The position numbers and the translations under genes are program-made. From Nemertoderma westbladi (taxonomy: Eukaryota > Animalia > Xenacoelomorpha), in contig JAUCBJ010003160.1 in the NCBI GenBank assembly GCA_032718475.1, forward strand, positions 4,880 to 68,879: a DNA stretch of 64,000 nt, given 5' to 3'. Of the stretch, positions 35,140 through 45,543 are shown piece after piece. The notes beneath the pieces are model-generated. The model was given only the letters and a program-made list of their open reading frames with translations. It searched no databases and had not been told where the DNA came from. Within the stretch, counting starts at the first letter, position 1, and each line of letters opens with the position of its first letter.

Positions 35140-38100
35140 ATGACTGAGTTGATAGAAGATGATCTTGGTATCAGGGAGCAATATACTCTACCTTTACAAG
35201 CGTTTGTCGATAGCTTGATATGCGGCGACGCTGATCCAACTACTACGGAGGATGATGGTCGTTATATCGAACCGCCAATGTCCCAGGAGCAACTTGCGCG
35301 TGAATTGAATTGGATTATAGAAAGTTCACCGCTCGCTATACGCATCGTAATGGTACGTATATGGACTTCTTAACTACTGGCCATCCTATCGATTTACACG
35401 ATACAGACGATGTAGACACCGAAAGGGAAATGGTTTTATTTAAATATCATACCCAGCGGAGTCGGAACGATAAACCGAGAATAGAACACGAGAACTCTAT
35501 TCGAAACAGACTCGAAAGGGAAGACGTTGAAGAGCCGGATAAACGCAGCGACTTCAACGATTATCTGGAATTCCTGAGAGAGACATATCTCAATATTGCC
35601 AGCCAACAAAATCTCGAAACTCGATATCCTCAAGGTATACATCATGATCCTATGATAGAACTCAAACGACTCTATTTCACTATGATGTATCTTACCGCCG
35701 ATCGACCGCTACCTGTCGTCCCAGATAGCTTCGAACAGATGGAGGAATATTGTAAAACTGGAGAACGATCACCCGCGTTTCCCCTGCAGGACGTGCGTCT
35801 TTGGTATTACTGCGACGAATGCCCTAGACCCAATCAGCAAACGGAAAGACATAAACATCCGCGGAGACGTTGCGCTAAACACAGTTTTACACGATATACT
35901 TATGGGAGTTTCGAGCGAAACCTGTTCGACGTATCACCTACAGTCGCTCGGCTCAAACGATCCTTGAATAAACCAATGATCAGAGTTCCGGAATACTCGG
36001 TCAGACCTCCTCATTCCTCAGTTAGACCTCAGACTCTTGATCCTAATAGTATCACGGATCCTCCCGAACTGTACTCACTGTTCAAAGATCTAGTGTTACC
36101 CGAACAGTTGATCGGTGGCACTCCGGTAGTGGGCTCGCTAGATATTCATCAACCCTACCTAGCCGGATTAGGACGCGGTCATCTAATATCGCCGTTTAAC
36201 CCGTACAACCGTCCCGGCTTCACCCCGATACAACCCGTTACGGAAGTCGAAGAGAGTGTCGTACGAAACGCTTTAGACGCTATTCGGCAGAAAATCGGAA
36301 AGGGAACTTACGATTGTTTGGAGAAACGTAAATTGAAGCAACAAGTCCAAGCGGTGAAAGAATTAGCTTTACCCCAGTTCGATAGAGAAATACAAAATCT
36401 CGAGGAGGACATCGAACGTGGACGAACCTACTCTTTACAAGAGTTCCTAGATGAGCGTTTACAACAACAAGCGGAGGAAAATCAGCTCGAGGAGAGACAT
36501 ATAGAACTAGATGAGAGAGAAGAAGCAGCTTTAGCCCAGCCAGAAGCTCAAATCCTTATAACAGATCTCTATTCTAAAACCATTATCCATCCTTCGATGG
36601 TTCCTCATTTCGGAGACAAACTCTTCACCACGGCACAGCCTCAACCGGTTGATATCAACCTAAGATCTCGAGATCTTATCGCTGACGCTCCCATGTTGCA
36701 ACGTCCGCCCATCGAAGCCGCTCGTGTCGATGGTATACTCGTTGAACCTCCGGACAATAGAGCGGATCTTGTCCGTCGCATGGTACACGATGTTAACATA
36801 CGCGCTAGACCTTTACCGGACTCGTTTTATGGGATCAAAGATCACCCTTATTACGTCAATCTAACACAATATTACATGGTAAAACCGGAAGATCCTACAC
36901 ATAGTCTGAGGTTTCTACCACTAATAAATCCTCTCGATCTTGTCGAACTCGAACAACTGCAGAAACATCTGGATCAGTTAGTTAAAGTAAACTCATTTCG
37001 AAAACCATATAATGTTTCCAGAATAGAGAAAGAAACAATACCTCCGTATAATCTTGATGGATTCATCAAAACTCGATTAGTACACTGGAATCTTGACGTG
37101 TTATTCGAGGAGGAAAGAATACAACGATATGGAGATGTGGAAACATATACTACACAATACTTAAAGTATAGAGATCTACCTAATGCTAGCGAATGCGCTA
37201 CCTTGTGGCATCCAGTGGGAATGACTCTCGAAAACGCCACTAAAGAGTGGAACGAGACTCTTAACGTTATCGAGATGTATGGAGTTGTCACTTACGATAA
37301 CGAAGGTAGCGTTCCGGTTGGAGAACTGGGAACTACGCGAATGATACACATACGAGGACTCGCTGGTTCTACCCACGTATTTACTCGAGCGTGTTCCGAT
37401 GTGATTGATTATTCTTTTGAGACTCTTACTGAGACACAAAAGAAACTCCGACATGGACAATTCGAACTCGCGCAGCGTTACGTCACCGACACCGAGCGCA
37501 AACCGGCCATGGGTATCGATGGATCGATGTTACCCCAGCCCGTGCTCGAGATGTTGTTTAACGAAAGAATCCTTAAAATCGGCTCAGCTGTTTATGGAGA
37601 TCTCCAAAACGACTTTCGGAACATGGAAAACATTCCATACCCTTTCGTTGATACTCAGCTGATTGCTCCCTGGGCAGAAGGCCGAGGTTTCTTCCGCACT
37701 ATGTATGCCAATACACCCAGCGGCATTACTAAAGTACAACGAACCTCCATCGGACATCTTGCCTTTCAATAATACGGATGGAATTTCAAGGTTGGAAATC
37801 CTACCAATTACCAACAAGTATATGGAGATCATTATTCTCGTTTATACTTTGATGGACCATTGACCGCACCTGGCGCCGTATATAGCTTTATGAGTGTTCC
37901 ACTTCGTCCCTCCTTAGCTATATACACGATCTTTGAAAACGCAGCACTTGCCGGTTGGCTAGCCGATGTGTGCAGTCGTACCATACGCGCCCATCCCTTA
38001 ATACTTGGAACCAAACTCGCCAAGTTAGATGAACACAATAAATTCATCCGCTTCGAATGTTTCAGGCACTTTCTGACTCCGTTCCGTAACGTTGATAGTC

Positions 38101-39398
38101 AGTTCAAGGACCGCGCTCTGACCAAACTCAGCCTAAGAGACTCAGCTGCGGAGAAGCTAAACAGCGCGGGATTTGCCCTTTTCCAGGACGTTTGTATACA
38201 GAACTTACATTCATCTGTTATACAAAGACCCCGAATACCCACGGGTTATTCTGTCGTGGAAGTTCAGACAGTGGGTCCGCTTGTGGAGACAGCCGCACCT
38301 ACCTCAGCTATGCAATTGGAAGACGAACCAATATGCTTAGAATCTGAGGCGATTCAGCCTACAGCGCCCCGGAGCAGCGATAACGACTACGTCTTAGAGT
38401 GGTATCAAGGTCCACAATGTCTCACCGCATACGATTATCGACACGCCAACTATGTTTCTCGAAAACGTTGTCGATTATGCGCATCGAGAGACCATTTCAC
38501 CCCTATGGACTCCGACGTACCCTGCTCCTATTTCCACAAACAACCGATGATGGAGATCTATTGTGCGTATTGCAGACTTAATAACTCGCACATTTTTGCA
38601 GTCTGCCCCCAATTTATGACTCAATGCCACCACTGTCAACTTAAAGGACATGCCAGTTATAATTGCCCCTTTAACCGCGATTTAGAAAGCGTAGATGAGA
38701 TGATTACCCTGCGCTACATCCGAGCTTGGGAAGCGAACGCGGATTTACATTGTGAGTCCCGCCATCGCTATTACCCTGGACGCTCTTACGAGGGAGTTTA
38801 CTCGTTCCATCCTTATTTATTCGCGTCTGTTGAACAAAAAACACGCACACCGAGTTACGAACTAATGAAGCGTGTTGGTGAGTGTATTTCCACCAAATTT
38901 GTTCGAAAATATCTCAGGAACGTCAATCCTAACGATATTACTTCATACCATTTGATCAATTTCATCCGTCAAGACCCTGAGTATGGCGATTTATTTATCA
39001 ACTCGCACCCTGAGTTACAGGAAGTATCTCGACGGCCCTACGAATATCGAGCCCGAGAACGTGAGCTGGAAAGAACCATTAAACCGAGGAAGTTTCTCAC
39101 CACTCATGGTCCACCTACCGCCATTGTCCAGACGACCCGTCAAGGACCCGTAGGAGCTGCTGTCCTAAGACGCGCCCTAAAGGGCGTTAGACCTCGCTCC
39201 ACTGAAGTTGATATCGATCAGCCAGGTACTTCGACCGGCGGATACACCGATCGTAATCCTAAACCTTCTGATGCAATTGTATTGCACCCTTCACCCAGGA
39301 GTTACAGCCCTCCTAGTAAAGTGGCTCGCCCCAAAGAGAAAAGGACTCTTACTAGCCTCAAAAAACTGCGTAAACACCGTCCGTGTAAGAAAGACTAA
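35140..39398 (+). CDS. Cargo protein, ~1,417 aa reconstructed: DnaQ/DEDD-like 3'-5' exonuclease domain plus CCHC zinc knuckles (two disabling lesions)
   Basis: Removing a GAATT duplication at 35302-35311 fuses ORFs 35140 and 35310. One in-frame TAA (37770) separates ORF 35310 from ORF 37860, which is in the same frame. Motifs VVTYDNEG, LPQPVLEMLFNERILKIGSAVYGD, FVDTQ, SIGHLA, CAYC..H..CP..CHHC..GH..C. Confidence 0.72.
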
Positions 39399-39476
39399 CT
39401 GTTTAGAGTATTTTTATATTTTAGAAACTGTGATTTTTTATATTTTATAGACTAAAATCCCATTTTCTGGGAGCGG

Positions 39477-40660
39477 TGTAAAAGCTTTTGCAGAATTAGC
39501 CTGTTATTTTCCCCGTAAAGTACTCTGTAGTTGGTTTAACAGGCATAAAAGGCCGTATCCTTACTGTACTGGTGTTTTAGTGGACTTAAAAAGCCATTTC
39601 TTCTGTATGTGTACTTTAGCGGACATAATTAGCAATTCTATGTCGCAATACGCGAAATCCTCTTGAAACAGTGTAGTTACTATGACGACAGCTAACAGCT
39701 GATCTGTACACGTGTAGCTTTTTCCTTGTTCTCTGGTGTTTCTTTGTTCGGTCAACCAATCAGAGCGATTCTCCTGCTTTTTGTACAGAAACCTCCGGGA
39801 AATCGCGCAATGCATTATGGGTCAATGTTTACATTTTGTCCTGAGCCCAGAAGACCGGCTTTGGAATCTCTGTGTTTTCAGTCTTTAGCCCAACATTAGT
39901 AGGCTTAATTATAGAACGTATATCTGTTATCTTACTTAACTAATCAAATCATACCATAACATATCATAACCATTCATACCTTAACATTTGTACTGCTATT
40001 TACTGTCGGTTATTCATTATATCAGTTGATGGAATATTATTATATTTGGAATACCGATAAATAATTACAAAACCCTCAATTTTCTTGATATACTGAAGGT
40101 AAGAGAGACCGGTTACATATAACGATTGCGACTTACATTAAAGTGGTTTTTGAAGTGAATCTAATGCTATTTCATAGGCACTACATGTATTGGTTGTTGT
40201 TCTCTTTATATGTGACTAAAATTAGTGAAGGTCGGCAGATCGGTGTGCAGCATTGTGCAGTATTGTGTATGATTGTGACTGATAACAAAGCATCTCCTAA
40301 AGAATGCGCCATATACGTGAATCCATAGCTATCCCATTGTGTCTAGTTTAAGTCATAACTCTGTTTACATATTTAGAGCGCCACGTCCTAAAGGAACTGT
40401 TAATATTTCCCGAAAGTGAATAATATTTGTCAGAGATTATATATTACGATCAGTCGAATAATACAGTAGGCCTACACCGCAATAAGGTTAGGCTTCCGAA
40501 TCCAGTCTCCCGGGTATATCCAGCGGGTGAATGGTCGCGCATAGACTGGCTTCGGCTAATGTAGTGTATCAAATACTCGTCATAGGCTAAAGACGATTTA
40601 TTATCTAGAAGACATCCCAATTTGGCAGGTTAAACTGCTAAAGGTCTGAAAGCGCAAACA
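39477..40660 (+). repeat. 3' LTR
   Basis: TGTAAAAG...CAAACA, preceded by a polypurine tract. Confidence 0.93.
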
Positions 40661-42300
40661 GCCGCCTCAGAGGCAAGAACCTCATACCTGTTGCTCAGCT
40701 GTAGTGTGAAGCTGGATCTCACACTTGGCTGTTGCAACAGAGAGGACCAGTCATGCCGCGGCAAGGCAGATTTTGTTGTTCTGCTAGCACGCAGACTAAG
40801 TCTTACCTTGGCCACAATAAGGCGGTGATCACTGGAGAAGGGTCGTAGTGTAAATGCATTACAGTCTTGTATAGAGCTCCTGTATTTCCTACGAAACAGG
40901 ATATGGTCTATCTGGGACTTGTGACCACTGGGTCCACTATGAGTCCATAGCTTTCCAGTTCGCTTCTTGAACTGGGTTCCAGCCGAAAACAATCCATTTC
41001 CAGAGATAAAATCCTGAAGATGGACGGAATTTCGGTTAACACTATTGCTATACTGTAGACCCAGGGCGATGTAGGTGATTGATGCAGAATTGCATTAAAG
41101 TCTCCCAGGAATGTTAAGAATACATGCTGATCCACTCCATCAGTAGCTGCTTGTAGATTGTGGTAGAAATTTTCCACCTCCTCTACAGAGGCAACACTAG
41201 TTGAAGAGTAGCACACAATCAGAACCACCTTAGGAAACTTCTTTGCCAGTCTTCCAGAACATGAGAAGTGGCAACGGATGATGCGGTTAGAGATTTGGTC
41301 TATTTTGTCCAATGCTGCATGTGCAGTTGGATTCATCAATAGACCAATTCCACCATTGCCACTATCATCTGCTGACGCGAGGGCGAGTCGCCAACCGCCC
41401 CCCATGTCCTTAATCAGAACCTCATCAGTCTGTCCAGTCTGCATTCGGTGCTCTTGAACACCCACCGCACTAAGAGAAAGCTTATCTGCCAAGGCAGTCA
41501 GCTCACCTTGTCGCATTGGGGACCCGAGTGTTAGGGTGTTTACTGAGGCTAGTCTAGTGACTTGCATCAGATTCACCAATGGCTTTGTTGGTCGGGGTGG
41601 AACTGGAACATGAGAGTATCCTCCAACTCCAGAATCCCTCTCCCCCTCACAATCTGGCCTCCCTGGTGACCCAGGGTTTGGGCCAGTAAGGTCATCAGGA
41701 AAGGGACTCAAAGAATTGTTTGCCGCTCTCTTTCCAGTAGGGGGTGAGACAGGCAGCCGGTCAGGAGATAACTGACGCCTGTGAGGCCGATTGTGTCCAG
41801 TCATTCCACTGGCCTCTACTGGCTGGACCTCCGCATTACGAATGTAATCCATGGTGGGGGTTAGGGGGTGCTTTTTTTACCGAGTCAGCTCTCGGGGCAA
41901 ATACCACACCCTGGTTTGCCATTCCACAGGGTGGGTGTCGTAGTGGAGTCAGATATGAGGCCCATCACCCATATCTACTCTGGCGCACATGACCCACCAT
42001 TGGCTGTGCAGTTCGTCTGCTGGGTCATGCCCCGTACCCTTGCTACCAGGTGCAGGTCGCAGTGAAGTGCACTCAGAGTGGACATGAGAACACTCTACTC
42101 CTGACCAGCCATTGGTAGATCACCATCTGCCTGGCCAGGCCATATACCCCTGCAGCCAAGTATATGGGTCCTTAATCCAGGACCAAGGGCGTCCTTATCC
42201 CAGAACGAATGGGGTCCTAGTTACAGGACCAGATTTGCCCTAGTAAGAGGGTCTATGCAGCTGCAGGTGGCACCTCCTTTATGCTGCATGGAGGTTGCAA
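40661..42300 (-). mobile_element. RTE family A copy 1, 5' segment (5' UTR plus APE endonuclease, frameshifted)
   Basis: LASVNTLTL, VGVQEHR, GGIGLL, VCYSST, GDFNA, QIDHIL, SDHRL. It joins 25237 across the LTR element. Confidence 0.9.
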
Positions 42301-42739
42301 GTTTTCTTGATCAAATATGCGAAAAATTTTCAAAATTTCTGTATTTAATACAAATTAATAATAATAATCAAAATTAAAACAACCAAATTAAATATCACTA
42401 AATGATCAAATAACTATTACAGTAGTTACTAGTGTGAAATAAGTGTGAGAGCTGAGCGTTCTAATTTCTACATTTACCCACATGTCACCGAACAATTTGG
42501 ATAATAAACCGAAACAACATGTTTCTCTGAAAACACAAATGGTGTCCGTATAACTGTGAATGCAACCTTTAGCACAGTTTGCATTACAGAAACACAACCT
42601 GTTATCATGGATACACAAAATAGTGACATTCTGGTAAATATTAAATATGTCTTTTGAACCGTATTTTGATGTTAAATTAAATTAAAATACGCTAATGACC
42701 TTTAAATTAAGCTAAATCGAGTGAATATTAAATATATCG

Positions 42740-43974
42740 TGTGAGTTCGTGTGAAGCGTATACAATTGTCCAACTTTTCTTTGATGCGAGGATTATAGCA
42801 GACCCATTTGGCTCTGGACCAGTCCCCCGTCTCCCTGGCTTGATGAGAATTAGCATATAGCCACGATGCTTCGGTACCGCTGGTATTTGCGAACTCGCGT
42901 CTCGCCACAAAGGGATCGATCAGGGACTGCGTTGCGGGTGTGTCTAGGTGCGTCTGATTGGGGAGGTGACGTCCGCCTACCCCCGTTATGTTCACACTCG
43001 TACCTCGATATGTCAAGACATCCTCTTCCGATAAACGAAGTTCTCGGGAGCAGCATGCGGAGACGATGAACACGATGATGGCGGATCTCACTGGTGAATC
43101 TACCAAACTCACTCAGAGTATGTCGCCCCGTATGGACGTGAGGAGGAAGAGCGGACAGAGCGTGAACGATTGAACGACGAACGCGAATTAGCTTATTTGT
43201 TCCAACCCGCGGTCCAGACTTTAATGGAAGGGTTCCAAAGTAAAGCACATATTCACCCGTCTGGGTCTGTAAAGCGTTTTCGGTGTCGCTTACAGTCAAA
43301 CCCAACCGATACCTCTCGACACCGACATCTCCAACCCCAATTTAGTTGTGGATGCTCCGATGTTGTAAACTCACATCGTAGAGCCCATATGCGACGATAC
43401 TGATGAATGGATTATCGCTCCTCCTGGTCGAGCTGCTCAAATAACGACTTTAATTCGGGATAAGAACCTCGAAAGACGTCCTCTCCATTCCCCGTGCTAT
43501 GGGACTCTGGACCACCCGGATTTCGTCTTGCTCGGTCAACATTGTGTAATGAAACCCGAGGATCCCTCCTGCAGCATGGATTTTCTATCTCTGGTTAATC
43601 CCCTCGACACTACCGGGATCGAGCCCCTGCAGAAGCACCTCGACCATATAATAAAGTCAATTTCGACTCGACCCAAAGGGACGACGAAACATCCTTTCTG
43701 AAATATTTCAGATTGTGGGAATATTCCGCGGATTTACATCGGATTGCGCTATTCCGCTCCCACACCAATCGTGGTTAGCGAACCTCAACCGGGAACATCT
43801 ACTGGTGGACCAACCATACGAACTATCGCATCCCCTTCTGACTCATTGGAACTTCATCCTTCCGCCGCTGAGGGGCTACGAGTGCAAAGTTCTCCGTCTC
43901 CGGCATCTAGTAATGGCTCCCCGCCACCGCAACGTCGCAAGCGACCCCCAAAAAAGAAAAAGATCTGGAAATAA
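42740..43974 (+). pseudogene. Diverged, internally deleted paralogue of the 35140-39398 cargo gene
   Basis: LNDERELAYLFQPAVQTLMEGFQSKAHIHPS, MKPEDPSCSMDFLSLVNPLDTTGIEPLQKHLD and QPGTSTGG...SDSLELHPS align in order with the cargo protein. Confidence 0.75.
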
Positions 43975-44357
43975 ACATTTCTTTTTCTGGCTACTTTTTA
44001 TTACGGCTATTCTTCTTTACATGACTTATATTCCTACTTTATATTATAATGAAAATAAGTAAGTGGTACTCTCAATAATTCATTGAGCTTATTTGTTCAC
44101 GAGCTGAAACGTTTTTTATATATTAGATATACTCTTTGGCCCTACAGTTTACTTATTTAGAAGTAATTGGTACCCAATAATTCATTTAATTTGATTTTGT
44201 TCACGAGCTGAGATATTTTATATGCTGGATATGTATGTTGTACGTAACTTAAGTTTGATATTATTAATTGATACATTTACATACTAGACATATTTTTGTG
44301 CATGATTTGAGCTCATACCTTTGTTTTTACCACTGTATTAACTAACTGAATGCAAGC

Positions 44358-45536
44358 TGTTCGCGCTTTCAGACCTTTAGCAGTTTAACCTGCCAAATTT
44401 AGATGTCTTCTAGATAATAAATCGTATTTAGCCTATGACGAGTATTTGATACACTACATTAGCCGAAGCCAGTCTATGCGCGACCATTCACCCGTTGGAT
44501 ATACCCGGGAGACTGGATTCGGAAGCCTAACCTTATTGCGGTGTAGGCCTACTGTATTATTCGACTGATCGTAATATATAATCTCTGACAAATATTATTC
44601 ACTTTCGGGAAATATTAACAGTTCCTTTAGGACGTGGCGCTCTAAATATGTAAACAGAGTTATGACTTAAACTAGACACAACGGGATGGCTATGGATTCA
44701 CGTATATGGCGCATTCTTTAGGAGATGCTTTGTTATCAGTCACAATCATACACAATACTGCACAATGCTGCACACCGATCTGCCGACCTTCACTAATTTA
44801 GTCACATATAAAGAGAACAACAACCAATACATGTAGTGCCTATGAAATAGTATTAGATTCACTTCAAAAACCACTTTAATGTAAGTCGCAATCGTTATAT
44901 GTAACCGGTCTCTCTTACCTTCAGTATATCAAGAAGATTGAGGGTTTTGTAATTATTTATCGGTATTCCAAATATAATAATATTCCAACAACTGATATAA
45001 TGAATAACCGACAGTAAATAGCAGTACAAATGTTAAGGTATGAATGGTTATGATATGTTATGGTATGATTAGTTAAGTAAGATAACAGATATACGTTCTA
45101 TAATTAAGCCTACTAATGTTGGGCTAAAGACTGAAAACACAGAGATTCCAAAGCCGGTCGTCTGGGCTCAGGACAAAATGTAAACATTGACCCATAATGC
45201 ATTGCGCGATTTCCCGGAGGTTTCTGCACAAAAAGCAGGAGAATCGCTCTGATTGGTTGACCGAACAAAGAAACACCAGAGAACAAGGAAAAAAGCTACA
45301 CGTGTACAGATCAGCTGTTAGCTGTAGTCATAGTAACTACATTGTTTCAAGAGGATTTCGCGTATTGCGACATAGAATTGCTAATTATGTCCGCTAAAGT
45401 ACACATACAGAAGAAATGGCTTTTTATGTCCACTAAAACACCAGTACAGTAAGGATACGGCCTTTTATGCCTGTTAAACCAACTACAGAGTACTTTACGG
45501 GGAAAATAACCGGTTAATTCCGCAAAAGCTTTTACA
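44358..45536 (-). mobile_element. Solo LTR of the same BEL/Pao-derived family
   Basis: Reverse complement of the LTR with TG...CA ends and a perfect 5-bp TSD CAAGC (44353-44357 / 45537-45541). Confidence 0.95.
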
Positions 45537-45543
45537 CAAGCGG

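Larger units (their letters stand above)
25238..40660 (+). mobile_element. BEL/Pao-derived non-autonomous LTR element (15.4 kb) with an extra cargo ORF
   Basis: Near-identical ~1.18-kb LTRs, polypurine GGGAGCGG before the 3' LTR, BEL-type gag-protease ORF. Inserted into RTE copy 1 with a partial GCCGC TSD. Confidence 0.9.

Noticed and set aside
37770-37772. Programmed stop-codon readthrough in the cargo ORF
   Set aside because: The TAA lies inside the putative nuclease domain without a recognised readthrough context; a point mutation is simpler.
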